A DNA stretch of 64,000 nt from the NCBI GenBank assembly GCA_964016885.1, contig OZ024740.1, forward strand, positions 358,484,001 to 358,548,000, written 5' to 3'. Below the pieces are notes generated by a model, which was not told the origin of the DNA, ran no database searches, and saw only the letters and a program-made list of their open reading frames with translations. Each line of letters starts with the position of its first letter. The first letter of the stretch is position 1. A program made the translations under genes and the position numbers. Positions 14,757-29,027 of the stretch are shown in pieces. Source of the DNA: Eledone cirrhosa (lineage: Eukaryota).

Positions 14757-15420
14757 TCTTCTTCTTCTTCTTCTTCTTCTTCTTCTTCTTCTTCTTCTTC
14801 TTCTTCTTCTTCTTCTTCTTCCATATATTTCTGAGAGGGTTGTGGGGGAAGATCTTCAAACACTTCTTCCAGCGAGTCCTGTCAGAGGCAACCGTCTCCA
14901 ACTGATCCGGCTGGATCCCCAAGCGGGAGCAGCCAAGCTCATAGATGTTATCCAATCATCTTATTCTGGGTCTACCACTGGATCTCCAGCCAGTTGGTTT
15001 TCTCGTAAAATCTGTCTAGCGATTCTTTCTTGAGACATTCTAACCACATGCCCATAGTATCGGAGCTGTGATCTCTCAATTCGGAAAAGTAGTGTCTCTA
15101 CCTGGAGTGACTCTCTGATCTCCGAGGCACGCACGCTATCGATTAACATTACTCCAAAGACACTTGGAGGACCCTCATTTCGGCCTCTTGTATTCGCGAT
15201 CGTATTCTTTTGGTTATTACCCAAGATTCATGACCATATGTAAGGGTTGGTACGAATACCGAATTGAAGATAGCAAGCTTGGCTTTTATGCTTACCTCCC
15301 TTCCTCGGATTACTGAATGCTGAAGCTGGTGCATTACTGCTCCAGGTCCTGCAATTCTCGTACTTAATTCTGCCTTTCACCACTCGTGAGCATGGCCCCG
15401 AGATACCTGAACTTCTCTAC
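14757..15420 (-). mobile_element. RTE LINE 3' fragment with (GAA)n tail
   Basis: Minus-strand KAKLAIFNSVFVPTLTYGHESW..EAEMRVL and IERSQLRYYGHVVRM. (CTT)n at 14757-14821. Confidence 0.92.
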
Positions 15421-15571
15421 TCGAATCCGTTCTTTATTTTATCTTATCATTTTTTTCAATTTACAGGGCATATTTCTTGCATATTTATATACACATTGAT
15501 GCAGTCTCAGTTATCCACTTTCTATGTATACAGTTATGACCTTATCGTACACTCTGCTTGCTAGGGCATTT

Positions 15572-16008
<437 letters not shown>

Positions 16009-16051
16009 GATAAATCTACCAAGAGTTTACGGTAGTGTCCAATCCGTAATC

Positions 16052-16201
16052 CATTATTTCTGAAGACGGCGTATATATGTGTTGGTATGTATATTTAATC
16101 TTGATAGTTTGTATAATTTTGTATAATTTTGTACATAGATCTGTTGAATATGCATGCCAACTCTAACACATATATATCCTAGAAACGATCGTTAAATAAT
16201 G
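16052..16201 (+). ncRNA. Type I hammerhead motif with long stem II
   Basis: Stem I cattattt/aaataatg; CTGAAGA 16060-16066; extended stem II tatatatgtgtt..ggtatgtatatt / aatatgcatgcc..aacacatatata; GAAAC-gatc-GTT. Confidence 0.7.
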
Positions 16202-16248
16202 AACTTTTTTTGTTTAATATAAGGAATTGTTTATTCATTATTTGTTTA

Positions 16249-16300
<52 letters not shown>

Positions 16301-16314
16301 TATATATATGTAAG

Positions 16315-16390
<76 letters not shown>

Positions 16391-16431
16391 CATACATATA
16401 TATACATATATATATATATATATGTAAGTAC

Positions 16432-16538
<107 letters not shown>

Positions 16539-16894
16539 TTCGTTTGCGCTTGTACACCAGACCTCCAAAAATATTTCGAGGTGAAACATCCTAATTTTCT
16601 GGATACCCGTTGATGAACACAGAAAATGGAATCTTTCACTTTCTTATACTATCGTTGCGAAACTTATATGGGTTTTGAAATTCAAATTTGTCTGCGGAAC
16701 AGGTTTGGATTTTGAAATTTAAATTTGTCCAGGTATCACGGTTATTGCCAATATGGGTTTGTTTTTATTGATTTATTATTTTAAATCGAGACAGGTAAAC
16801 TATATTTATTTGAATTAGTTTATTTCATTCTAGCTAACTTGGTCTTTACAATACAAACACTTATGTGTTTATCATATATTAATTTATATTAACT

Positions 16895-16972
<78 letters not shown>

Positions 16973-16976
<4 letters not shown>

Positions 16977-17158
16977 CTTCTACAGGATTAGAACTGGTTC
17001 ATTCGTGAGAAATTACTAGGAAGCAGCTTCCTGATGATTTCTCACAAATGAAACAGTTCTAGTCCTGTAGAAGCTTTTCTATATTACAACATTTATACTC
17101 TGCTATGTATTGAGTACCTTACTTACTGTGTTTACCCCCGATTGAACCCGGAATAAGG

Positions 17159-17160
<2 letters not shown>
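16973..17160 (+). ncRNA. Inverted pair of hammerhead motifs (plus copy intact at 17025-17075)
   Basis: agcttc-CTGATGA-tttctcacaaat-GAAAC-agttctagtcct-GTA-gaagct, preceded by a decayed inverted copy. The 3' tail matches 53800-53880. Confidence 0.75.
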
Positions 17161-17250
<90 letters not shown>

Positions 17251-17409
17251 CATACACGGAACAAAGGTGCTGCTTTGGATGACGCCTTTATGCCGTATAT
17301 GAACATGGATAAATAATATATTTTTGTTTTCTTCTCGATTGAGCACTGTTTTCGTTACTCCTTTTCACATCCACGGATATTACTACACACAAACACACAC
17401 ACATACACA

Positions 17410-17525
<116 letters not shown>

Positions 17526-17759
17526 CGTGTGTGTGCATGTGTGCATATATATTATATATATATATTATTGAAACTAAAACATAAGAAAGATCTTAAAAGA
17601 CATACAGTTGAGCTAAACTAAGCATTGGATGAGATGAAATCAGAAGAATATTATTGTTTGACAAACCAAATTAAGGGAAGATGAAATAGGTTGATGCTGT
17701 AGTGAAGAACAGAAAAGAATAAGCAAATAATCAATATATATATATATATGTAAATATAT

Positions 17760-18365
17760 TATAATTGAATATAAAAGAAAAACGAACATATATGTATTCA
17801 AATCGCAAGGGACCGGATTCGCTGTTTTGAGTTTCTAACTCAATATATACCTTTGATATATTCGGCTCCGTTAATTGAGCTAATTCAAATGTCGAGTAAA
17901 CCTGTGGTTTGAGTTTGTGAGACACGCTAAGTTCAGATACCATGTGCGTTATTATATATACGCACACTATTCAGTTTTTAATATACTTAGATGTGTCCAG
18001 GATACTAATTCTTCACCCACGGATGAGCAAGAATTGGTATTCCTCTTCACAATTAATTTTGCGAAACAGCATTACCAAAGCTGTCTGGATGATTGGTAGT
18101 TACCACATTTCCGGTTTGTATTTATTTTCTTGATTTATTCTTAAATTGAGTCTGGCAAACCCTATTGTCTATAGTTAGTATTCTTTTCACCTTAGCGAAT
18201 CTGGTCCCTTGCGATTGATTTGAACACATATATGTATATATCAGTGTTCGTCTTTCTTTTATATTCAGTTATAATATACGGCTCGGAAAAATCTCTTTCC
18301 TGGAGCTATTTTGTTGTAAGGGACTGTTTTGAGTTTTTAACTCAATATATACCTTTGATATGTAA
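17760..18365 (+). mobile_element. ~502-nt HHR-bearing unit with terminal direct repeat and inverted leader
   Basis: Direct repeat 17822-17860 / 18324-18361; 17760-17823 is inverted relative to 18194-18278. HHR at 18013-18092: tcaccca-CGGATGA-gcaagaatt/aattttgc-GAAAC-agc/gct-GTC-tggatga. Confidence 0.7.
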
Positions 18366-19496
18366 ATATATATATATTGATAATATAAAATATATAACAG
18401 ATATCGGTGTCGTACCGCGGTAGTAAAGACATTGATCATGATGATCAGTAGGCGAATATTAAAGACATGCAAGGACTATTATTAAAAAGACCCGAATGTA
18501 AACGAATTATGAATTTTAAAGAAAATTAGGGAGCATAAACAAAGAGAATGATTTAAAAAAATTAATAGCAGTGTAAATTAAATTAAATGATATTAATTAA
18601 CAGGTCACATTAAAAGGGAAAACGCATGTGAGCAATTTAACGAAATCATGCACGAAAATCAGGTAAAAAACCCCACAAAAATAACATTAACATTTTTTTC
18701 GTTGTAATGAGGTGAGGATGTCAGAATGGCTGCGATAGAACGAAATCTAAGGTTTTAAACTATTGATGGTAATTCATTACACAGTGATTATTTAGAGATT
18801 TTTTTTTTTTACTCAATACATGTGAATTTCGAAAAATGTGAGAAACCTCGGTTTGCAACAGTAGTTTACTCTAATGGATGTACGTTCATATATTTTTGAA
18901 CGCTGTCCTTTTCTAAAACAAGCATGTTTGGGTAAATTTACCGGCATGTTTGGGTAAACTTTCGGAAAACAGTTGCTGTAGGATACACAAATAATTGGAG
19001 TAAAGGTAATTACCGGTTTTGACAGAGATAAATTATTAATGCCGAGAGGATTTTGAAATACGATGGCTGGTTGAGCAACGAAAAATGTGTATGTATAAGT
19101 CCCGCCCTGAAGATGTTAGAATTATCGTACAAAGAAATACGTTGTGGTATGCATGAATATTTATTTAATCAATTATGTAGTCAAATAAATACAAAATATG
19201 CACATCACACTGGATTGTATTTCTTATACAAACTATTTGTTTGAAGACGGCTAGATAAAAGTATTTGTTTACGGATGAATACCAAACTATTTGTAGAATA
19301 TGGGCGCCGTGAATATCAAAACTGTGCTAACATATGATTGACTTTATGGAGAAAAGGTTATAAACTATAGTTTTACCTACAACATTAAGATATACTTTAT
19401 GTGTTCAAATATACGCTGTGTTGTGCATATATATTCATTGTGCACCACTCACACACACGGATAAACACACACACTCACACACACATATTTCTATAT

Positions 19497-19619
<123 letters not shown>

Positions 19620-19701
19620 CCTTTGGAGTATGTTGAGTATGTTGATTTGGTCTGTTGTTAATTCTTTAGGGGTTGAATTAACGATTTTTATATATATATA
19701 T

Positions 19702-20290
19702 AAGGCTGGAAGATCAGTGATGAAGGACTAATTTTATTCATATGTAACCCATTTACAACCACGCAGCACGCCATTTTTTCATATATTTATATATTTTCCT
19801 CCGCTGTGACGCATCTGTTTCTTTTTTACTGCTTCCCCTTTATCTGTATCTCTCACTTCCTTTTTACCCCATCTGCCAGTCACTCTATCAGTTAGCCTTT
19901 CCTCACACTTTCACTCACTCACTCTCTGCTACTCCCTTTTCATCACTTCCTCCCGTTTGACCTGTGCGAAATCCTTTCCTCGCTCACATTTCAACCAGGT
20001 TGGATGGTCTTTTTTCTCTCGTCTACGATTTCACAGAACTTATCTTCATCGATTTCAGGGACTTGTCTTCTTCTTCCTCACTTTTCGTTGCATTACCATC
20101 TTTGTTTGTTTACTGTCTCGCTCGTTCCCCCTATTTACGCATCCCAACGACTTTCTTTAGCCGTTGCTCGCACCAACCAGAGGTATATGATCTTTAAAGC
20201 GATGAAATACCAATGAAGGCTGGAAGATCACTGATGAAGGACTAATTTTATTCATATGTAACCCATATGCAACCACACAGCACGCCATTT

Positions 20291-20296
<6 letters not shown>
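19702..20296. repeat. ~514-nt unit with ~80-bp terminal direct repeats, between TA tracts
   Basis: aaggctggaagatca(g/c)tgatgaaggactaattttattcatatgtaaccc...gcacgccattttttcat at 19702 and 20216. Confidence 0.7.
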
Positions 20297-20319
<23 letters not shown>

Positions 20320-20321
<2 letters not shown>

Positions 20322-21061
20322 AGGAAAAAAGATAAAATCGAAAATGCAACTGGAGTCTTTTTTAAAAAAAATATATATATTTATTTGGTTACTTTACCGG
20401 TTTCGCAGTTCTTCTGCTTTTCAAAAGTAGAGTTGAGATGGAGGGTCTGTAGTTTTTCTCACATCTGGTTGGTCTTTGAATGTTACTTATTTTATATGGA
20501 AAAAAGTGGCTCGAAATGCCAGGTTTTTAGAGAAGTAATTTGATTGGTTGGTGAATAAGTATAATAAATTTCGCGCCAGTTCGCGTTACAAAGTTATTCA
20601 AACAGGGGGGGGGGGGGGGGGGGGGCGGCGGCTTATATATGAGTGAGATTTGGTTGGTTGCTGCAGTCACGTGAATAAGCACATCAGCTTTCGCGCCAGT
20701 TTGTGTTTGAATTTCTTTTTACTTATAAAAAAGTGGCTCACGAAGGCTTTTTTTTTTATAAATGTAATTTGATTGGTTATAAATGAAATTATGACTGTCA
20801 CGTGAACAAGTTCATTAAATTTCCTGTCCGTATTTGGGAATTTATTTGTAGCCTTTTAGAGAATGTTGTGCCAAACAAAAGATAATGGTCAAGCGAAATG
20901 GGATGGAGAGAGTTGTTCTGATTCAGTGAATATGGCTGGTTCGCTGGGGTGTCAGAATTCAGACTTTCTATTGAAATAAAGAAAGTAGAGATATGTATGT
21001 TTATTTGTGTGCTTGTGTGTGTGTAGGAAGATGATTCTATTAGTAGAAATGGGGGAGGGAG

Positions 21062-21129
<68 letters not shown>

Positions 21130-21342
21130 TGTTATGTGTGTGTGGGAGTATGGATAGCATGTTAAGATGGAGAGGATATATATATTTTGTGTGTGTGCGT
21201 GTAGGAAAATGATTCTATTAGTAGAAATGGGGGAGGGAGTTGTGTGTGTATGGGTGTTATGTGTGTGTGTGTATGTGTGTGTGGGAGTATGGTAGGACAA
21301 CTCGGTTATTTTTCATTTTGTAAAAAAACCTCACTTTCTAAT
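20320..21342 (-). mobile_element. ~1-kb non-autonomous PLE-like element with 3' HHR
   Basis: Minus HHR at 20391-20428: actt-TTGAAAA-gcag/ctgc-GAAAC-cg-GTA-aagt. Both termini are shared with 15672-15960. (TA)n on both sides. Confidence 0.65.
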
Positions 21343-21419
21343 ATATATATATATATATATATAATATTATAATGAAATGACAGGAGGCTGCACTTGTGTA
21401 AATCTTTGAAATATTTATT

Positions 21420-21477
21420 ATACTATCATCATTTCAATGACCGGGTTCTGTATGAATCCGGTGATATCATCAGGTAT
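21420..21477 (-). ncRNA. Hammerhead ribozyme motif
   Basis: Minus strand atac-CTGATGA, stem II accggattc/gaacccggt, GAAA-tgatg-ATA-gtat. Stem III is weak. Confidence 0.55.
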
Positions 21478-22149
21478 TCGAAATATAATAAGTGAATGTA
21501 ATAGATAACATCCATGGGGCTGAAGATCGGAGACCCGAGGACGACCGCCATCCAGCATCTTCCACCGTTTCCGGTCGCCCTCAAGTGACGTGGCTAAAGC
21601 TTACAGTGTGCTACTACCGGTCGCCCTCAAGTGACGTGGCTAAAGCTGACAGTGTGCTACTACCGGTCAAATTAAAGAAAACAGAAATGGATAGGAACAT
21701 GAACATAAGTCAGCGTTAATATCGTGCCACAAGAAAAAAGAAAGAAAGAAAGAAGAGAGAAGAAGAAGGGGGAAGGAAAAAGAAAGAAAGAAAGAAAGAA
21801 GAGAGAAGAAGGGGGAAAGAAGAAAAGGAAGAAGAGAAGTCAGAGTTAAGGTCAGCTATAAGAAGAAAGACAGAAAGAAAGAGGAGGAAGGGTCGGTATT
21901 ACAGTCAGGCCAGGAATGTCGCGAAAAAAATTTATTCTAAGGGACCGTATCTTAACAACTACTACCGGTCAAATATAGGCAAACAAAAAGGAGGCGGAAA
22001 GTCAGCGTTAATATCATGCCACAAGGAGAAAGACAGAAAGAAGGGGGAAGAGAAGAAGAAAAGGAAACTTTCGCCGTATTTTTTTTATTAAAGAAATTTT
22101 AGCCTGATAGTGGGGCTTAGAACCCTCTAAGAAATGGAATTTCTGGATA

Positions 22150-25100
22150 ACCAAAGATGTGGGTCAACTCCCATGTACGTCAATACTCATCTATTTCCAT
22201 TTCTTAGAGGATTCTAAACCCCACTATCAGGCTAAAATTTCTTTAGTAAAAAACTACACCCGGTACACATCTCTAAAAAACAGGAAATTCTCTTTTTGGA
22301 AGATGATACAAAATAATAACAAAGCGGAGATCTATGAAAAATGGATTAACTTATCCCCATTAATCCTTCCCCGCAAACTACAAATTAAATCCATCCGAAA
22401 CGAACCCGAGACACAAAGACGCCTCAGGGAAAGAATGGCACTTGATAACATAAAACACCGAAATTGAACTCCTTAAATTGAGAGCTCAAGCAAATGAAGA
22501 TAGGATCAAATCAATCAACGATGAGATTAATCAAGCAATTATCAATAAAACCAAAGACACCACCATAGAAAATATTTCAAAACTATTGTTTGAGGACTCT
22601 AATAAGGAATAATTAAAATCCCTTCAACGTTAGGAAATAAACGAAACCCGGCTCTCTAACTATGAAACACTTTTCCAAAAAGAACACACATCCAAGAACC
22701 CCTTCATTAAAACCAAAATAACAAGAAAACCCAATCACCACCCAAACACCACACAACAACCAACAACAACAAAAAAACAATACCTCCCCACATACCAAAA
22801 CAAGAAGACATCACTTCGCCCTACCTCCTACACCCACCACATAGCTACTACACGGATTCCCAAGCAACAAATATAGTAATAGAGAAACATCAGCTACAAG
22901 ATAGACACTACAACTTCTCTCCCACCAGGAGAAACTATAGAAACCCCCGCCCTTACAACCCCCTAACATCCCCACACAACAAACCCACAACCATCATTAC
23001 TTTCAACATAGAACCCAAAATACACAACTACCACACATGCCACATAGGGCCTCACAACCACACTCCAACCATAAGGAAACCCTAATCTACCCTCCTCCAC
23101 TAACTACATCCTACTTCAACAACACCAGCAGGGGACAATACAACCACACGAGACACCCTAACCACTACAACCACCATAACTACACACCATACAACAACAA
23201 TAGCAGGACTCAGTATAACCACACAAGACAACCCTACTACAATTACCACCAAGTCTACACACCCTACAACAACACCAGGGCTCAACACAACCTAACTTCA
23301 ACAACCACCACAACTACACACCCTATAACCACGTCCATCAAATCTACACAACCTACAACAACAATAGCAGGGCTCAATACAACCACACGATACAACCTAA
23401 CTTCAACAACCACCACAGCTACACACCCTCTAACAACAACAGCAGGGGCCAATACAACCATAAGAGACATCCAAACTTCAACAACCACCACAACTTCCGT
23501 AGTCATTTTTTAGACACAGCACACAGACAGAGGGCAACGAGATAATACAAAACACACAGGAGACACAAAATGTAATAAAAATCGTTAATTCAACCCCTAA
23601 AGAATTAACAACAGACAAAATCAACATACTCAACATACTCCAAAGGTCTGAAATTTACACAAACTCCCCAACGACCAAACTACCCCGAAATGAAGGAAGA
23701 TATTGCAGAATTCTGTAGAAAACTAAGACTCAGTGAGCAACTATACGACAAATACAATGAGGATGACTCAATAGCCAGAAATAGAAGCAACTACACCCCA
23801 CCAAAAGGCAAGAACAAATTCCTCGATCAATTCTGCGAACACATTACTAATTACCCATACCACCCCCTACACAGACCTAAACAAAAACCAAACCTAAGCA
23901 AAAAAGAATGGAATGGTCTAAACAGTCTAAAGAACGACAAAACCCTAACAATCAAAGAGTTGCATAAAGGGAGTGCAGTAGTCCTTATGAAGACAGATTA
24001 CTACACGACTCTAGTACTCTCAACTCTAGAAAACGAAACATATTACGAAAAGGCCCAACACTACACACAACAGAAAATAATGAGAAACGTAAAATCCCTA
24101 ACAACCCTTTACAAAGCAGGCCTTACCGACAAGGAATACAACTACATCACCAATTTCAAAAGCAGCACCAACCTTTTCTACGGTATCCCAAAGACACACA
24201 AAAGCGAAGTAATAGGTAGGGCCTGCAAGCAAGCCACATACATGTACATCAATATACCCCCTCCTGATGACCTTAAATTAAGACCCATAATAGTAGGTAC
24301 CACATGTGAAACCCACCGCCTAAGCAACTTCCTAGATATTCTGCTTAAACATTTCCTAAAACACATAAAAAGCTTGACATGCTCAACCACCTTCCAACAA
24401 CACTTAATAATGAACATACCCTACTAGTAACCTTTAATGTCATCAATCTATATTCCAATATCCCACACAACCTAGGCATAGAGGCAATACAATTCTGGCT
24501 TGAAAATTTCCCTAGTGAACTTCCACAGCGCATCTCTAAAGAATTTGTGTTGGAGGGACTCAAATTCATCTTGGAAAACAACTTCTTCGAATTCGATGCC
24601 AAATACTACAGACATAAATCTGGGACTACCAAGGGCACGAAAGTAGCCCCCTCATACGCCAACCTTGTCATGGGATATTTGGAAATCACTCTCTACCGCA
24701 AAGTTCAAGACAAATACGTTAACCACTTCTACCAACACATTAAAAAAAAAACCGGAAGAGATATCTGGACGACTGCATCATCCTCTGGCATGAAAGTATA
24801 GAAAGACTGATTGAGTTTAAAACCCTTCTAAATGGACTCAACACAAACTTACAATTTACAATGGATTACAGCCATGAACAACTCCCTTTCCTCGACATCC
24901 TCACCAGGAAAACAAACAACAAAATAGAAACAGACATATACTACAAACCCACAGACTCCAAATAATATCTTCCATTTAACTCGTGCCACCCTCGCCATAC
25001 CAAAATGGCAATTCCTTATAACCTAGCCAGAAGGATATGCACAATAGTTTCAGATAAATACACATGCTACAACCGACTAGAAGAATTAAAGAACACACTT

Positions 25101-26540
25101 ATCAGCAGAAACTACCCACCATCCCTAATCAACAATGGATTCCAACGTGCTCTAAAACTCAACATCCAGTAACTCAGACACCCCAAAGCCAGGAATGAAC
25201 CGCAACAGAAAACTCTACCATACATCTCCACATACAACCACCTCAACAATGAGGCATTCGACACCATCCTACAGAACATTCCTTTACTAAAAAGAGACCC
25301 AAGAATGAACAAAATCCTCCAAACACACAACATCATAAAGAGCATAAGACAACCTAAATCCATAAAAAACATCCTCACACAAGCCAAATTCCAACCAACC
25401 CTCACAATGAACCCTACAGTAAAAAAAATGCGGAAGGCCTAACTGTGGTATATATGCATAAATCTAATAGAAGGTTCAACATTCTATTTTAAAGAAGGAC
25501 AACATTTCACAGTTAAATACAACTTTACATGTGCATCTGAAAACCTAATCCATGTTTTGACCTGCTCAGGTTGTCGAGAACACTACATAGGACAGACAAA
25601 AGACAGCCTCCGACAACGTATGACCGTCCATAGATCACAAATAAAAATACAGGAATACAGAAAGATTGCTTTTAGTGAACATATCGCCAATTGTACACCT
25701 AACCAACATCCAAACTTTAAAATTTTCCCCATTTAAAAATTCATAGACAACGCTTCTTTCATCCATCGTACCAATAAGGAAACGTACTTCATTAACAAAT
25801 TCCAACCTCTACTTAATGGACTAAACTTCGGACTAAGCTAAAACTGGAACGAACAACGAATCAAAGCCCCAATTTCTATGTTCTCTAAAGAGTTACCTCC
25901 CTAACACCCTACCTAATCCTTTTTCTTATATAAATGAATTACCTATCTCATCCATCTCTGTCTCCCCTACCCGACCACCTTGAATTACCTCGCCCTGCAT
26001 ATTAACTCTCTAAAAAGGGAAATCATATAAAACCCCAGACTACCATTTGCCTCCATTATGGATCAACCAAGCGCTCTTGTCATAATAACACATTTTGAAC
26101 TGCTTATCCTCAAGAACTATGCCTATAAATAATATTATTCTTTCTTTCCCATTACCTTATCATATTCCACATCACCCCCTTTTTTTTCTTTTTTCTTTTT
26201 ACTTCAAAACCCTTGTTTGTAAATAATATTATTCTTTCTTTCCCATTTCCTTAACATGTTCAACATCATATTATTTTCTCTCCAACATTTTACACCAATA
26301 CAAATTCCCCACTTTGACAATGCATAAAATGCTGAAACCGGTAATAGACAATTAGTAAATATATAAATAAGTAAATGAATAAATAAATGTCATTCTTAAT
26401 TAATAAATAAATTAACTAATACCTTAACACTTCACACAAAGTAAAATATTTTGTTTTAAACATTTTCTAACCCAGAAAAAAGAGAAAAAATAAAAGGAAA
26501 AAAATGTTTTTCTTCCAAATAATCGTCTTTTTCTCCCTAT

Positions 26541-26545
<5 letters not shown>
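22150..26545 (+). mobile_element. Penelope-like retroelement, Neptune-type (RT + Zn-finger linker + GIY-YIG), decayed
   Basis: KGLKFTQTP, KTLTIKELHKGSAVV, FYGIPKTHK, LRPIIVG, NLYSNIPH, GTKVAPSYANLVMG, RYLDD (~24760), LPFLDI, DIYYKPTD, CGRPNCG, TCASENLIHVLTCSGCREHYIGQT. Multiple frameshifts and stops. 3' UTR carries an HHR-like motif at 26314-26343. Confidence 0.93.
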
Positions 26546-26575
<30 letters not shown>

Positions 26576-26656
26576 ACAAAGGAATTGTGGTAAGGAACCA
26601 GATGAACCATAACGCACCAGAGTACTCAATACTTAGGGTAGTAGAGTGGGAAATAA

Positions 26657-26759
26657 GAAAAAGTATGACCCCGACGGCAGAGCTCAAGCCGTTTTGACGG
26701 CTATTTCTGAAATAGTCGTCGAAACAGCTTGAGCTCTGCCGTCGGGGTCATACTTTTTC
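26657..26759. repeat. Near-perfect 50-bp-arm palindrome
   Basis: gaaaaagtatgaccccgacggcagagctcaagc ... gcttgagctctgccgtcggggtcatactttttc. Confidence 0.9.
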
Positions 26760-27013
26760 CTATATATATATATATATTCACATAGACACTGACACGCACA
26801 CATGCACATATATATTTATGTATACACACTCATATACGCAGACGAAAAGATATAACTACAAATATAACAATTTATACCACAAAAACGAGCCATATGTTTA
26901 GGTATAGACAAAATCAATCTTATTAAAAGGTCGCCGTGAATTGTACGTGCAGTGCCTGCTAAAATTGATAACGTATGTTATTTTGCCCCAATGTATATTT
27001 GTTGTTCACAAAA

Positions 27014-27057
<44 letters not shown>

Positions 27058-27226
27058 CGTTATACTTACTCATAAATACACACACACACACACAAACGTA
27101 TATTATAGCAGTTACAATATACATCTTGTAAGCAAATAATGTAACAAAGGAATTTAAATTGCAGACTTCCTTTCAATTTGAATGGGATCTGACATCCAAA
27201 TAAAATACATCAATTTCTGCGCCAGG

Positions 27227-27269
<43 letters not shown>

Positions 27270-27505
27270 AACACACGCACACAAATGTGCGGATTTATAT
27301 ACGCACGCATAAACACACACATACACGCATACACACATATACACTTACGCACATATAGTACGTAACACAGACTCTCTAATTTACAAATACTGTATATATC
27401 TTTTGTATCACATATGTGTATGTATGCAGTGGTAAAAGAAAAATCAGATATAGATAGAATTTTGAGAGGGCGAGAGAAAGTATAGAGATAGATATGACTG
27501 ACAAA

Positions 27506-27615
<110 letters not shown>

Positions 27616-27616
27616 T

Positions 27617-27650
<34 letters not shown>

Positions 27651-27969
27651 TAAAGTTATCATTGCATGGTGGGAGTAGACCTGAGAATCTACTATCTAAT
27701 ACATTGTCCCAAATGACTTGTGTCCTTTTAGCTATGGGGGAGATATTTGCAACTAACACAGAGAAGGGACAAATGTGAGTTTCTGGTGCCTTAAACGTAG
27801 TTGCACCGTGTAGATAGAACTAGTCCACCTTGGGCGGCAGTCTGTTTAGGAGAGGAGTCGCTCTGATTTCAATTCGGGTAGAGGAGACCTCTTAATCATA
27901 GTTATGACATACCATCTTTGCGCAGGAACTCAGTAATTCCAATAGATAGATAGATAGATAGATAGATAA

Positions 27970-28002
<33 letters not shown>

Positions 28003-28008
<6 letters not shown>

Positions 28009-28938
28009 TAGTAAATCTACCAACATATGTATACATATGTATACCCATGCTAGCAAATATATATGTTATGTCTTAGTACCTTTGTGGTTCTATGCAGGGG
28101 GATGCAGAACAATTATATGAAAGACGTAAAATAAGAAAATTTTAAAAATTAAAAATTAACTTACTTACTAACATTTTCACTCCAACTAATTAGTTTCTGT
28201 AAGGGAACAAATATAGTTACGTAACGTAACTATAGAGAATTCCTTACGTCATCAGGGAGTCTATTCTCAGCTAAGTTCCCAGGCAATGCGCGGACACTAG
28301 GAACCAATATAAAAATAATAAATTCCAGAGCACTGAAAAAATTCACTGCCTATTTGGTCAGTGGCAGATTCTAAAGAATCAATTACGTGACACTGAGGTT
28401 AATCAGTGAGGAATTATTATTTTTATATGGGTTCCTAGTGTCCGCGCATTGCCTGGGAACTTAGCTGAGAATAGACTCCCTGATGACGTAAGGAATTCTC
28501 TATAGTTACGTTACGTAACTATATTTGTTCCCTTACAGAAACTAATTAGTTGGAGTGAAAATTTTAGTAAGTAAGTTAATTTTTAATTTTTTAAATTTTC
28601 TTATTTTACGTCTTTCATATAATTGTTCTGCATCCCCCTGCATAGAACCACAAAGGTACTAAGACATAACATATATATTTGCTAGCATGGGTATACATCT
28701 GTATACATATGTTGGTAGATATACTAATTCTCTATATTTATCTCCAAATTATTTGTTGAGTAAAACTTGCCAAAATTTACTGCTATGGTTCATTGTAGTA
28801 GTAGTAGGCTCTTGTCATAATACCACCCCACTCCTCACTGATTAACCTCAGTGTTCCCTTACAGAAACTAATTAGTTGGAGTGAAAATTTTAGTAAGTTA
28901 ACTTTTAATTTTTAAAATTTTCTTATTTTACGTCTTTC

Positions 28939-28940
<2 letters not shown>
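28003..28940. mobile_element. Inverted + partial tandem copies of a ~500-nt HHR-bearing unit
   Basis: Arms 28003-28310 and 28420-28735 are near-perfect inverted copies. HHR plus 28475-28556 (actcc-CTGATGA..GAAAC-taatta-GTT-ggagt), minus 28179-28260, partial third at 28852-28882. Homologous to 45765-46520. Confidence 0.85.

Positions 28941-28999
<59 letters not shown>

Positions 29000-29027
<28 letters not shown>

Noticed and set aside
23037-23513. 158-aa His/Asn/Thr-rich ORF as a host gene
   Set aside because: Low-complexity tandem repeats inside the PLE N-terminal region.
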